A stretch of 64,000 nt of DNA from Zygnema circumcarinatum SAG 698-1b (taxonomy: Eukaryota > Plantae > Zygnematophyceae), in the NCBI GenBank assembly GCA_037447605.1, contig CM074814.1, forward strand, positions 1,798,001-1,862,000, given 5' to 3'. A program made the position numbers and the translations under genes. The first letter of the stretch is position 1; each line of letters opens with the position of its first letter. Of this stretch, positions 1 to 8,082 are shown piece by piece. The notes below the pieces were generated by a model. It ran no database searches and was not told the DNA's origin. It saw only the letters and a list, made by a program, of their open reading frames with translations.

Positions 1-1
1 T

Positions 2-583
2 GGTTCACGCACCAAAGTCTTACGCGCCTGGATTATGGGCTCTAACGGCTACGCTTTGTGCGCGCCCGGACAAGTCCTCGTGCGCGGACTTAACGCCTTG
101 CAAAGCTCGTTTAATTCGTCAGTTCATTCGAACTTGCTCGAGTTCTTACTAACAACTCCACGAAAAGAACGCAATTTTGGCATGCTTCTAACTCGTGCCA
201 AGTCCTATCGCAAGTTTTGGGAGTTTGCCTGTGCAAAACGCAGCGCGAGCGAGTTGCCAGTGGTTTACATGTGTACGCTAGCGCACCGGGATGACATTGT
301 TGTCCTTGAAAAGAGCGGAAAAGGCAAATTCCTTTGTTTGGTTTCCAAAGGCTCGCCCTTGGGTAGAGTAGAATATTTCAAGTACATCTCAACTCAGTAC
401 GACTTCAAAAGGCGAGAAATTGAGTATGAGAACACTTTGCTCAATTCGGTGCCGTGGCGTTGCGTGGAGGCGAAGCGCAAATACAAACAGAAGTATACTG
501 CAGACTACCCGCTTGAATCGCAAGAGTCTTTGAGGAAGTTTCTCGAGTTGCTTGAAGATAGGGACAGCTGCGCAAGGGTCTAA
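2..583 (+). CDS. polB: 3' part of the same PolB (cut by the window start)
   Basis: ORF 35..583 is identical to the C-terminal 182 aa of the 326-aa ORF. Confidence 0.8.
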   Translation, partial: GSRTKVLRAWIMGSNGYALCAPGQVLVRGLNALQSSFNSSVHSNLLEFLLTTPRKERNFGMLLTRAKSYRKFWEFACAKRSASELPVVYMCTLAHRDDIVVLEKSGKGKFLCLVSKGSPLGRVEYFKYISTQYDFKRREIEYENTLLNSVPWRCVEAKRKYKQKYTADYPLESQESLRKFLELLEDRDSCARV

Positions 584-942
584 CGTTCAAGGAAGAGAAG
601 CATGGAGCAGTCGTCTCGAGTCGCGAACTTGCTCTTGATGACAGCGGTGTTAAAGCAGTGCTCACGATGCGCACTTAAGGGCGAGGTTTTGCTCGTAAAT
701 AGAAAGCTTCGGAGCTTGTGGACTTTCTCAATAGGCACGGGATTCGGGAATACACGCATGGCAAGTGTTCGACTAGGATTGACAGCAACTATTGTAAGAA
801 CCAGACGCAACAAGGTGTCGCTCCGGGGAGTTTTCCGCTTACGGCTGACGTATTTATGGTTCTCACCCTTTTCACTGAGTTGGACGCTGGCTTTGAACCA
901 GAGCGGATTTAGTACAGAGTTTATAGAAACGCTTCCAGCCAT

Positions 943-1158
943 GAGGGCGACCAGAGGGCGACCATAGGGAGCTCGCGCGGCGCTCACTGCGTTCGCTTGT
1001 TTCACCGTGAGCTTCGCGAACAGGCGACCGAAGGGTGACGAAGTCACAGGCGACCGTTCGCTCGCGCGGCGCTCACTGCGTTCGCTTGTTTCACGGTGAA
1101 ACAAGCGAACGCAGTGAGCGCCGCGCGAGCTCCCTATGGTCGCCCTCTGGTCGCCCTC
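943..1158. other. Fold-back junction / putative hairpin terminus (second copy 4115-4330)
   Basis: The arms pair up to 1010/1091. The 80-nt loop contains gtgac-GAA-gtcac (1035-1047), cc-GAA-gg (1028-1034), a gcgaac/gttcgc inverted repeat and a second copy of a 35-nt arm segment (971-1005 = 1060-1094). GGCGACC occurs at 946, 957, 1023 and 1049. Confidence 0.7.
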
Positions 1159-1521
1159 ATGGCTGGAAGCGTTTCTATAAACTCTGTACTAAATCCGCTC
1201 TGGTTCAAAGCCAGCGTCCAACTCAGTGAAAAGGGTGAGAACCATAAATACGTCAGCCGTAAGCGGAAAACTCCCCGGAGCGACACCTTGTTGCGTCTGG
1301 TTCTTACAATAGTTGCTGTCAATCCTAGTCGAACACTTGCCATGCGTGTATTCCCGAATCCCGTGCCTATTGAGAAAGTCCACAAGCTCCGAAGCTTTCT
1401 ATTTACGAGCAAAACCTCGCCCTTAAGTGCGCATCGTGAGCACTGCTTTAACACCGCTGTCATCAAGAGCAAGTTCGCGACTCGAGACGACTGCTCCATG
1501 CTTCTCTTCCTTGAACGTTAG
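1159..1521 (+). CDS. Hypothetical 120-aa basic protein (MAGSVSINSV...SRKRKTPR...LLFLER) running away from the hairpin, convergent with polB; copies at 580-942 (-), 3752-4114 (-) and 4331-4693 (+)
   Basis: The ATG at 1159 follows two tggtcgccctc repeats. Its TAG stop overlaps the polB TAA (ctaa at 580-583). No homology recognised. Confidence 0.4.
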   Translation: MAGSVSINSVLNPLWFKASVQLSEKGENHKYVSRKRKTPRSDTLLRLVLTIVAVNPSRTLAMRVFPNPVPIEKVHKLRSFLFTSKTSPLSAHREHCFNTAVIKSKFATRDDCSMLLFLER

Positions 1522-2630
1522 ACCCTTGCGCAGCTGTCCCTATCTTCAAGCAACTCGAGAAACTTCCTCAAAGACTCTTGCGATTCAAGCGGGTAGTCTG
1601 CAGTATACTTCTGTTTGTATTTGCGCTTCGCCTCCACGCAACGCCACGGCACCGAATTGAGCAAAGTGTTCTCATACTCAATTTCTCGCCTTTTGAAGTC
1701 GTACTGAGTTGAGATGTACTTGAAATATTCTACTCTACCCAAGGGCGAGCCTTTGGAAACCAAACAAAGGAATTTGCCTTTTCCGCTCTTTTCAAGGACA
1801 ACAATGTCATCCCGGTGCGCTAGCGTACACATGTAAACCACTGGCAACTCGCTCGCGCTGCGTTTTGCACAGGCAAACTCCCAAAACTTGCGATAGGACT
1901 TGGCACGAGTTAGAAGCATGCCAAAATTGCGTTCTTTTCGTGGAGTTGTTAGTAAGAACTCGAGCAAGTTCGAATGAACTGACGAATTAAACGAGCTTTG
2001 CAAGGCGTTAAGTCCGCGCACGAGGACTTGTCCGGGCGCGCACAAAGCGTAGCCGTTAGAGCCCATAATCCAGGCGCGTAAGACTTTGGTGCGTGAACCA
2101 AAGGTCAAACCCAGAACGCGCTCTTGTTCATTTAAGAGAGTGTTCAAGCGCCCTGTGTTAGCACAAGGAACACGTAGGATAGCGCCGTCCGTGTTTGCTT
2201 GCAGGATGTCGGAACAGGATGAGAGCGATTTGAGCACCTCCAAAAGGATTAGCTGCCCATTTATGGTGATGCTATAGTACAGCTTAGGATTGTAAAGCAA
2301 AGAACCAGAAGCATTCAAATTGCCAACAATCGAAAGCAGAAGCACTTTGTATGTGATTGATCGTCTCCGAAGCTCAATCTCGGGTGAAGCTTTCCACTTC
2401 AAGCGCAAGTCCCGCCATTCGCCTAGCTTGGCCAATAAGCGCTTAGCATAGTCTTGTGAAGAACCGATTATGTGGAATTCGGAGCCCTTCTGCAACAACT
2501 GAATAAGCAGTTCAATAGAAAACGCGGTAATGTCGATATGAAAAATAGCATTCTCTGTATCGCTTTCAAACTCAACAATAGCCTGCTTGTTTCTGTGGAT
2601 AGAGTGCAGCCCACCTAGCCCTACCTTGAA
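1518..2630 (-). CDS. polB: Inverted copy of the same PolB fragment
   Basis: Identical 326-aa translation (ORF 1518..2498), with the frame open up to the N gap. Confidence 0.8.
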   Translation of the reverse strand, partial: FKVGLGGLHSIHRNKQAIVEFESDTENAIFHIDITAFSIELLIQLLQKGSEFHIIGSSQDYAKRLLAKLGEWRDLRLKWKASPEIELRRRSITYKVLLLSIVGNLNASGSLLYNPKLYYSITINGQLILLEVLKSLSSCSDILQANTDGAILRVPCANTGRLNTLLNEQERVLGLTFGSRTKVLRAWIMGSNGYALCAPGQVLVRGLNALQSSFNSSVHSNLLEFLLTTPRKERNFGMLLTRAKSYRKFWEFACAKRSASELPVVYMCTLAHRDDIVVLEKSGKGKFLCLVSKGSPLGRVEYFKYISTQYDFKRREIEYENTLLNSVPWRCVEAKRKYKQKYTADYPLESQESLRKFLELLEDRDSCARV

Positions 2631-2642
2631 TNNNNNNNNNNA

Positions 2643-3755
2643 TTCAAGGTAGGGCTAGGTGGGCTGCACTCTATCCACAGAAACAAGCAGGCTATTGTTG
2701 AGTTTGAAAGCGATACAGAGAATGCTATTTTTCATATCGACATTACCGCGTTTTCTATTGAACTGCTTATTCAGTTGTTGCAGAAGGGCTCCGAATTCCA
2801 CATAATCGGTTCTTCACAAGACTATGCTAAGCGCTTATTGGCCAAGCTAGGCGAATGGCGGGACTTGCGCTTGAAGTGGAAAGCTTCACCCGAGATTGAG
2901 CTTCGGAGACGATCAATCACATACAAAGTGCTTCTGCTTTCGATTGTTGGCAATTTGAATGCTTCTGGTTCTTTGCTTTACAATCCTAAGCTGTACTATA
3001 GCATCACCATAAATGGGCAGCTAATCCTTTTGGAGGTGCTCAAATCGCTCTCATCCTGTTCCGACATCCTGCAAGCAAACACGGACGGCGCTATCCTACG
3101 TGTTCCTTGTGCTAACACAGGGCGCTTGAACACTCTCTTAAATGAACAAGAGCGCGTTCTGGGTTTGACCTTTGGTTCACGCACCAAAGTCTTACGCGCC
3201 TGGATTATGGGCTCTAACGGCTACGCTTTGTGCGCGCCCGGACAAGTCCTCGTGCGCGGACTTAACGCCTTGCAAAGCTCGTTTAATTCGTCAGTTCATT
3301 CGAACTTGCTCGAGTTCTTACTAACAACTCCACGAAAAGAACGCAATTTTGGCATGCTTCTAACTCGTGCCAAGTCCTATCGCAAGTTTTGGGAGTTTGC
3401 CTGTGCAAAACGCAGCGCGAGCGAGTTGCCAGTGGTTTACATGTGTACGCTAGCGCACCGGGATGACATTGTTGTCCTTGAAAAGAGCGGAAAAGGCAAA
3501 TTCCTTTGTTTGGTTTCCAAAGGCTCGCCCTTGGGTAGAGTAGAATATTTCAAGTACATCTCAACTCAGTACGACTTCAAAAGGCGAGAAATTGAGTATG
3601 AGAACACTTTGCTCAATTCGGTGCCGTGGCGTTGCGTGGAGGCGAAGCGCAAATACAAACAGAAGTATACTGCAGACTACCCGCTTGAATCGCAAGAGTC
3701 TTTGAGGAAGTTTCTCGAGTTGCTTGAAGATAGGGACAGCTGCGCAAGGGTCTAA
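2643..3755 (+). CDS. polB: Family-B DNA polymerase, phage-type palm/thumb region; 5' end lost in the N gap (about 370 aa visible)
   Basis: The frame is open from 2643 (FKVGLGGLHS...HIDITAF...) into the 326-aa ORF at 2775. It has GGLH, a motif A Asp (2739), motif B-like YKVLLLSIVG, LYNP..YSITINGQL and motif C QANTDG. The order and spacing match phage-type PolBs of the GGIH / TxNGQL / NTDG kind (recognised from memory, not searched). Confidence 0.8.
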   Translation, partial: FKVGLGGLHSIHRNKQAIVEFESDTENAIFHIDITAFSIELLIQLLQKGSEFHIIGSSQDYAKRLLAKLGEWRDLRLKWKASPEIELRRRSITYKVLLLSIVGNLNASGSLLYNPKLYYSITINGQLILLEVLKSLSSCSDILQANTDGAILRVPCANTGRLNTLLNEQERVLGLTFGSRTKVLRAWIMGSNGYALCAPGQVLVRGLNALQSSFNSSVHSNLLEFLLTTPRKERNFGMLLTRAKSYRKFWEFACAKRSASELPVVYMCTLAHRDDIVVLEKSGKGKFLCLVSKGSPLGRVEYFKYISTQYDFKRREIEYENTLLNSVPWRCVEAKRKYKQKYTADYPLESQESLRKFLELLEDRDSCARV

Positions 3756-4689
3756 CGTTCAAGGAAGAGAAGCATGGAGCAGTCGTCTCGAGTCGCGAAC
3801 TTGCTCTTGATGACAGCGGTGTTAAAGCAGTGCTCACGATGCGCACTTAAGGGCGAGGTTTTGCTCGTAAATAGAAAGCTTCGGAGCTTGTGGACTTTCT
3901 CAATAGGCACGGGATTCGGGAATACACGCATGGCAAGTGTTCGACTAGGATTGACAGCAACTATTGTAAGAACCAGACGCAACAAGGTGTCGCTCCGGGG
4001 AGTTTTCCGCTTACGGCTGACGTATTTATGGTTCTCACCCTTTTCACTGAGTTGGACGCTGGCTTTGAACCAGAGCGGATTTAGTACAGAGTTTATAGAA
4101 ACGCTTCCAGCCATGAGGGCGACCAGAGGGCGACCATAGGGAGCTCGCGCGGCGCTCACTGCGTTCGCTTGTTTCACCGTGAGCTTCGCGAACAGGCGAC
4201 CGAAGGGTGACGAAGTCACAGGCGACCGTTCGCTCGCGCGGCGCTCACTGCGTTCGCTTGTTTCACGGTGAAACAAGCGAACGCAGTGAGCGCCGCGCGA
4301 GCTCCCTATGGTCGCCCTCTGGTCGCCCTCATGGCTGGAAGCGTTTCTATAAACTCTGTACTAAATCCGCTCTGGTTCAAAGCCAGCGTCCAACTCAGTG
4401 AAAAGGGTGAGAACCATAAATACGTCAGCCGTAAGCGGAAAACTCCCCGGAGCGACACCTTGTTGCGTCTGGTTCTTACAATAGTTGCTGTCAATCCTAG
4501 TCGAACACTTGCCATGCGTGTATTCCCGAATCCCGTGCCTATTGAGAAAGTCCACAAGCTCCGAAGCTTTCTATTTACGAGCAAAACCTCGCCCTTAAGT
4601 GCGCATCGTGAGCACTGCTTTAACACCGCTGTCATCAAGAGCAAGTTCGCGACTCGAGACGACTGCTCCATGCTTCTCTTCCTTGAACG

Positions 4690-5136
4690 TTAGACCCTTG
4701 CGCAGCTGTCCCTATCTTCAAGCAACTCGAGAAACTTCCTCAAAGACTCTTGCGATTCAAGCGGGTAGTCTGCAGTATACTTCTGTTTGTATTTGCGCTT
4801 CGCCTCCACGCAACGCCACGGCACCGAATTGAGCAAAGTGTTCTCATACTCAATTTCTCGCCTTTTGAAGTCGTACTGAGTTGAGATGTACTTGAAATAT
4901 TCTACTCTACCCAAGGGCGAGCCTTTGGAAACCAAACAAAGGAATTTGCCTTTTCCGCTCTTTTCAAGGACAACAATGTCATCCCGGTGCGCTAGCGTAC
5001 ACATGTAAACCACTGGCAACTCGCTCGCGCTGCGTTTTGCACAGGCAAACTCCCAAAACTTGCGATAGGACTTGGCACGAGTTAGAAGCATGCCAAAATT
5101 GCGTTCTTTTCGTGGAGTTGTTAGTAAGAACTCGAG
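4690..5136 (-). CDS. polB: 3' part of the same PolB, truncated at the junction with unrelated sequence at 5136-5142
   Basis: ORF 4690..5091 is identical to the PolB C-terminus. Identity to the arm stops after ctcgag at 5136. Confidence 0.75.
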   Translation of the reverse strand, partial: LEFLLTTPRKERNFGMLLTRAKSYRKFWEFACAKRSASELPVVYMCTLAHRDDIVVLEKSGKGKFLCLVSKGSPLGRVEYFKYISTQYDFKRREIEYENTLLNSVPWRCVEAKRKYKQKYTADYPLESQESLRKFLELLEDRDSCARV

Positions 5137-5354
5137 AAAGTTGGCCTTTCAGGGCTTCAGGAAATTTGGAACCGCTCCGCTTTTGTTTCTGTATCTGCTT
5201 CAGGAACAAATATTTTTGGAGGAATATGGCTCTGAAATGGTTGGAAGAAGGGGCAGCAGGGGTTGCTCTCTATGTCGGCAGGACTGCAAAGTGAAGTTGT
5301 TCATGGATTTTTTGTGTTTCTAGAAGCGGTACACTAAACAATCAATCAAACGAG

Positions 5355-5635
5355 CATGCTCCACCTGCTACGCCATAACCATCTCCATAGCCTGCTATAG
5401 CATAGCAGCCACCCCTATATCCACCGCCTGTATCATACCCGACCTTAGCAGGGTTTGAACACAAGACCTCCCGGTACCCACACCAGTGCTTTACCATTAA
5501 AAGGCAACCGCGGATGTAAATACTAGGCCATACAACAGATATATAGCGTTTCGCTACACCGCCCCTAGCAGCACCGTAACCTCCTTTCTCTATATCTGAC
5601 TCTGTCCACTTAGGCTCCGTCTTCTTTATCTCCAC
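5355..5635 (-). pseudogene. Orphan last-exon fragment of an hnRNP A/B-like (RRM + Gly-rich tail) gene, interrupted by a 130-bp insertion
   Basis: An acceptor cttcag|GTGGAG gives VEIKKTEPK...GGYGAARGG...GYGDGYGVAGG. VEIKxAEPK is the typical end of RRM2 in hnRNP1-like proteins. No upstream exons were found. Confidence 0.65.
5429..5558 (-). mobile_element. 130-bp solo LTR with an internal tRNA-like sequence (Helenus-like TRIM LTR)
   Basis: Ends are TGTA...TACA with a 5-bp TSD CCGCC (5424-5428 and 5559-5563). The empty site is confirmed by the paralogous exon at 6300-6320. The minus strand has an A-box-like tggtaaagc, an anticodon-like stem ctggt/accgg and a B-box-like gaggtc..gtgttcaaacc. Confidence 0.7.
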
Positions 5636-6239
5636 CTGAAGAAGAACAAGCGTGAAAACGTGATTCTTTATGTAGGTACAACATCATGACTTGTACAGGC
5701 TTGACTGCACTAACATGGTGCAATCACTTCAAGAGTGACTCGTCAAGTCCCTCCTAGATCACTATGCAAAATAACAGACATTAGCAAGTCGAAAAAGTTG
5801 CTACAGCATAAGTTACTTCCACAATATGACCACAAAAAGAAAGGCATTGTAGCCCCGAAGCGGATTGATCGCTGAGCTATTGTAGCGAGTGCTACAACCA
5901 CCACGGTGCCGCGCTCATCCTGGAGATCCCCAAACGATTCGGCCATATAGGTCCTCCGTGCAATTGTACAATTGAATCTTGAATAGAAGAGTTTTTCTGA
6001 ATGTTTTTAAGCCTGCATGGTCATTTAAAAATGCTGTACCTATTTTCAGGAATCCATCATCAATGTTGTTTCGCAGTGGGAATCTTGAAATTCACAGGGC
6101 AGGAGTCAATCGTCCAACTTCTGCCACTCTATCACATGGTCTATTGGTTTGTACGGGCGTATTGCTGACATGTTCGTTGGTTTGTGTTGGGCAGAGGAAT
6201 TCAAACAATATTTCTCTGCTCTTGTTTGTTCGTCTGCAC

Positions 6240-6483
6240 GTGGAGATAAAGAAGGCGGAGGATAGAGCCAGGTGTAGAGAGAGGAGGTTACGGTGCTGCC
6301 AGGGGCGGTGAATATGGGGGTGGTGGCTATGCTGCAGCAGGCTATGGAGATGGCTATGGCGTAGCAGGTGGCTACGGTGGGAGTGGAGGTTACCGTTCTG
6401 GAGGTGGTTATGGGGGTCGGGGCGGTTACGGCGGTGGTGCAGGTGGATATGGGGGTGGGGGCGCTGGTTCAACGGGAGAATAA
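6240..6483 (+). pseudogene. Second, oppositely oriented copy of the hnRNP-like Gly-rich last exon
   Basis: VEIKKAE is followed by a frameshifting deletion, then GGYGAARGGEYGGGGYAAAGYGDGYG...STGE*. The acceptor is mutated (cac instead of cag). High nucleotide similarity to 5355-5635. Confidence 0.65.
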
Positions 6484-8082
6484 CATGTAGGAGGCTCTTT
6501 CTTTTGTCCTTAGGTCCGATGGGACCAGTTTGCAACAATGGATGTATGTGGCCATGCATGGATGGCACTTGGACATGGGAGTTGGCCTTTGGTCCCGTAT
6601 GTGTGTTGCAGTGCCGGACCAGCCTAACCATTTCACACATTCACACTATTTACATTTGGGACGTGGGCGACGCAAGAGAGGCATGTCGACAGTAGCACAT
6701 GTACCAGGGAACAGCCATAATAAGAAAGGAAGGTCTAAGTCGGATACTGGGAACACAAGCAACATGCAACACAAGGAGTGATGCAAAACCCATTGCGATC
6801 ATCACTGCACAGAAGCAAGCCCGCCCTTACGAGAAGCGAATACATGAAAGTTTAAGCGACTGCCCTGGAGAAGAAGTTTGTTTCATATCGCAAAGAATTT
6901 AAGTTCTTCAAGAAAAAGACATTCCCAGCCTCTAACTAAACCTGATGCTTGCTTATTCCCAACAAAAATGGTAAGGTAGCAGAGACAGTGGCAGCGATCC
7001 CACGGCCGCACCTCGGCCAAACCTAATCCGCGTGCTCTCTCTCAGGGGGGGCTTGAGTTTCTTAGCGATCAGTAAGCGATGCCTGAGACTATTATGTACA
7101 AGCAAGTAGAGGAAGTGCTACACTTTACATGCCCTCCTTGCTGATCCTATTCACAGGGGCCACCCTGCTCCAGCAGACAGCTCGCAGCTGGTAATTGTAT
7201 ATGGATCAACCAGACGATATATAACAGGCTTGAAAATGTGGCACTTGCCCAATCTACTCTTATCGAACTCTTATCTAACTCTCTCTCTCTCTCTCTCTCC
7301 TTCCCTCTCCCTGCCTTTCCCCCTCCCACCCCCCCGCCAAGAAGGCGGCTCTTCTTTCATGCAAGGAATCAGACCTTGTCCGAAGTGGAGGCAAAATCCG
7401 AGTCTCCCCCCACACCCTGGCCGTGAGAGGGGGAGCAGCATGCAGCTGTGAGAGAAGCCACTTGCTGGCCGTACGAAGAAGCAAGGAGAAGCTCCACACT
7501 GTTCTCCATGGACTCGCTTGGAGAGACTTGCGCGTGCTGCAGGAGCAGCACATACCTGCATGTGCTGCGGTCCGGGGCGTCTTTCACAATCACGTCTCCT
7601 GCACATGTGAGAGCGGAAGCCTCGTTACCTTCAGGGTTCATATAGAGTTCTTCACATAGAACAGACGTGCGGCTCTACATGCTTGAATGCTATCCAAAAC
7701 AGCTGATTTTAGTATTGAAACTTGTGTGGCACCTGCTGTGTAGTCCTTGCCGCCAGGAATGTTGTGGACCAACCTGCATCCCTCCATAAAAATTCATCAA
7801 ACAACCGTATACCTCCGTATTCATTCAATCGCAACAACATGGAGCTCTGTTCAGCAACGATGGGAAGCGCGAGAAACAAATTCTACAAACGTGGAGGGTG
7901 GAGGGTCAAATAAGTGTAAGTGAATACCAACGAAGTCGAAGGTCCGCCACGTCTGAACCGCTCTCACCGTCTGCCATCACCTGCAACGCCTCCCACACAA
8001 CTGAACGTGAGCCACGGCCCGAAGTCTGTTTAACTACCTCCTAGCATTAAGAACATTAACCTCCTTTCCAGAGCACGCACAG

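Larger units (their letters stand above)
1..5136. repeat. Nested inverted/direct repeat block: arm(1-1010)-loop(1011-1090)-inverted arm(1091-2631)-N gap-arm(2642-4182)-loop(4183-4262)-inverted arm(4263-5136)
   Basis: Positions 1-10 (tggttcacgc) are the reverse complement of 2091-2100, so pairs sum to 2101. Sequence either side of the N gap at 2632-2641 is exactly reverse-complementary. ORFs recur at an offset of 3172 nt (602 vs 3774, 1096 vs 4268). Confidence 0.97.

Noticed and set aside
602-967. 121-aa plus-strand ORF and other short ORFs (441-674, 718-912, 2086-2277) in the palindrome
   Set aside because: They overlap better-supported frames and have no recognisable motifs; their repetition merely reflects the repeat structure.
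965-1060. Resemblance to the AAV ITR (gcgctcactg, ggcgacc)
   Set aside because: Only short word matches; no GAGC tetramer array and no Rep or capsid ORF. Treated as analogy, not vector contamination.
2620-2655. The gap centre could be an EcoRI site (gaat|attc) and the 5136 junction is an XhoI site, suggesting restriction-ligation artefacts
   Set aside because: Uncut gaattc (about 2794) and several ctcgag sites lie inside the arms, so a digest origin is inconsistent.
1-5136. CRISPR array or Polinton/Maverick
   Set aside because: No repeat-spacer periodicity. No integrase, capsid or ATPase genes, and the PolB motifs are not recognisably of the protein-primed type.
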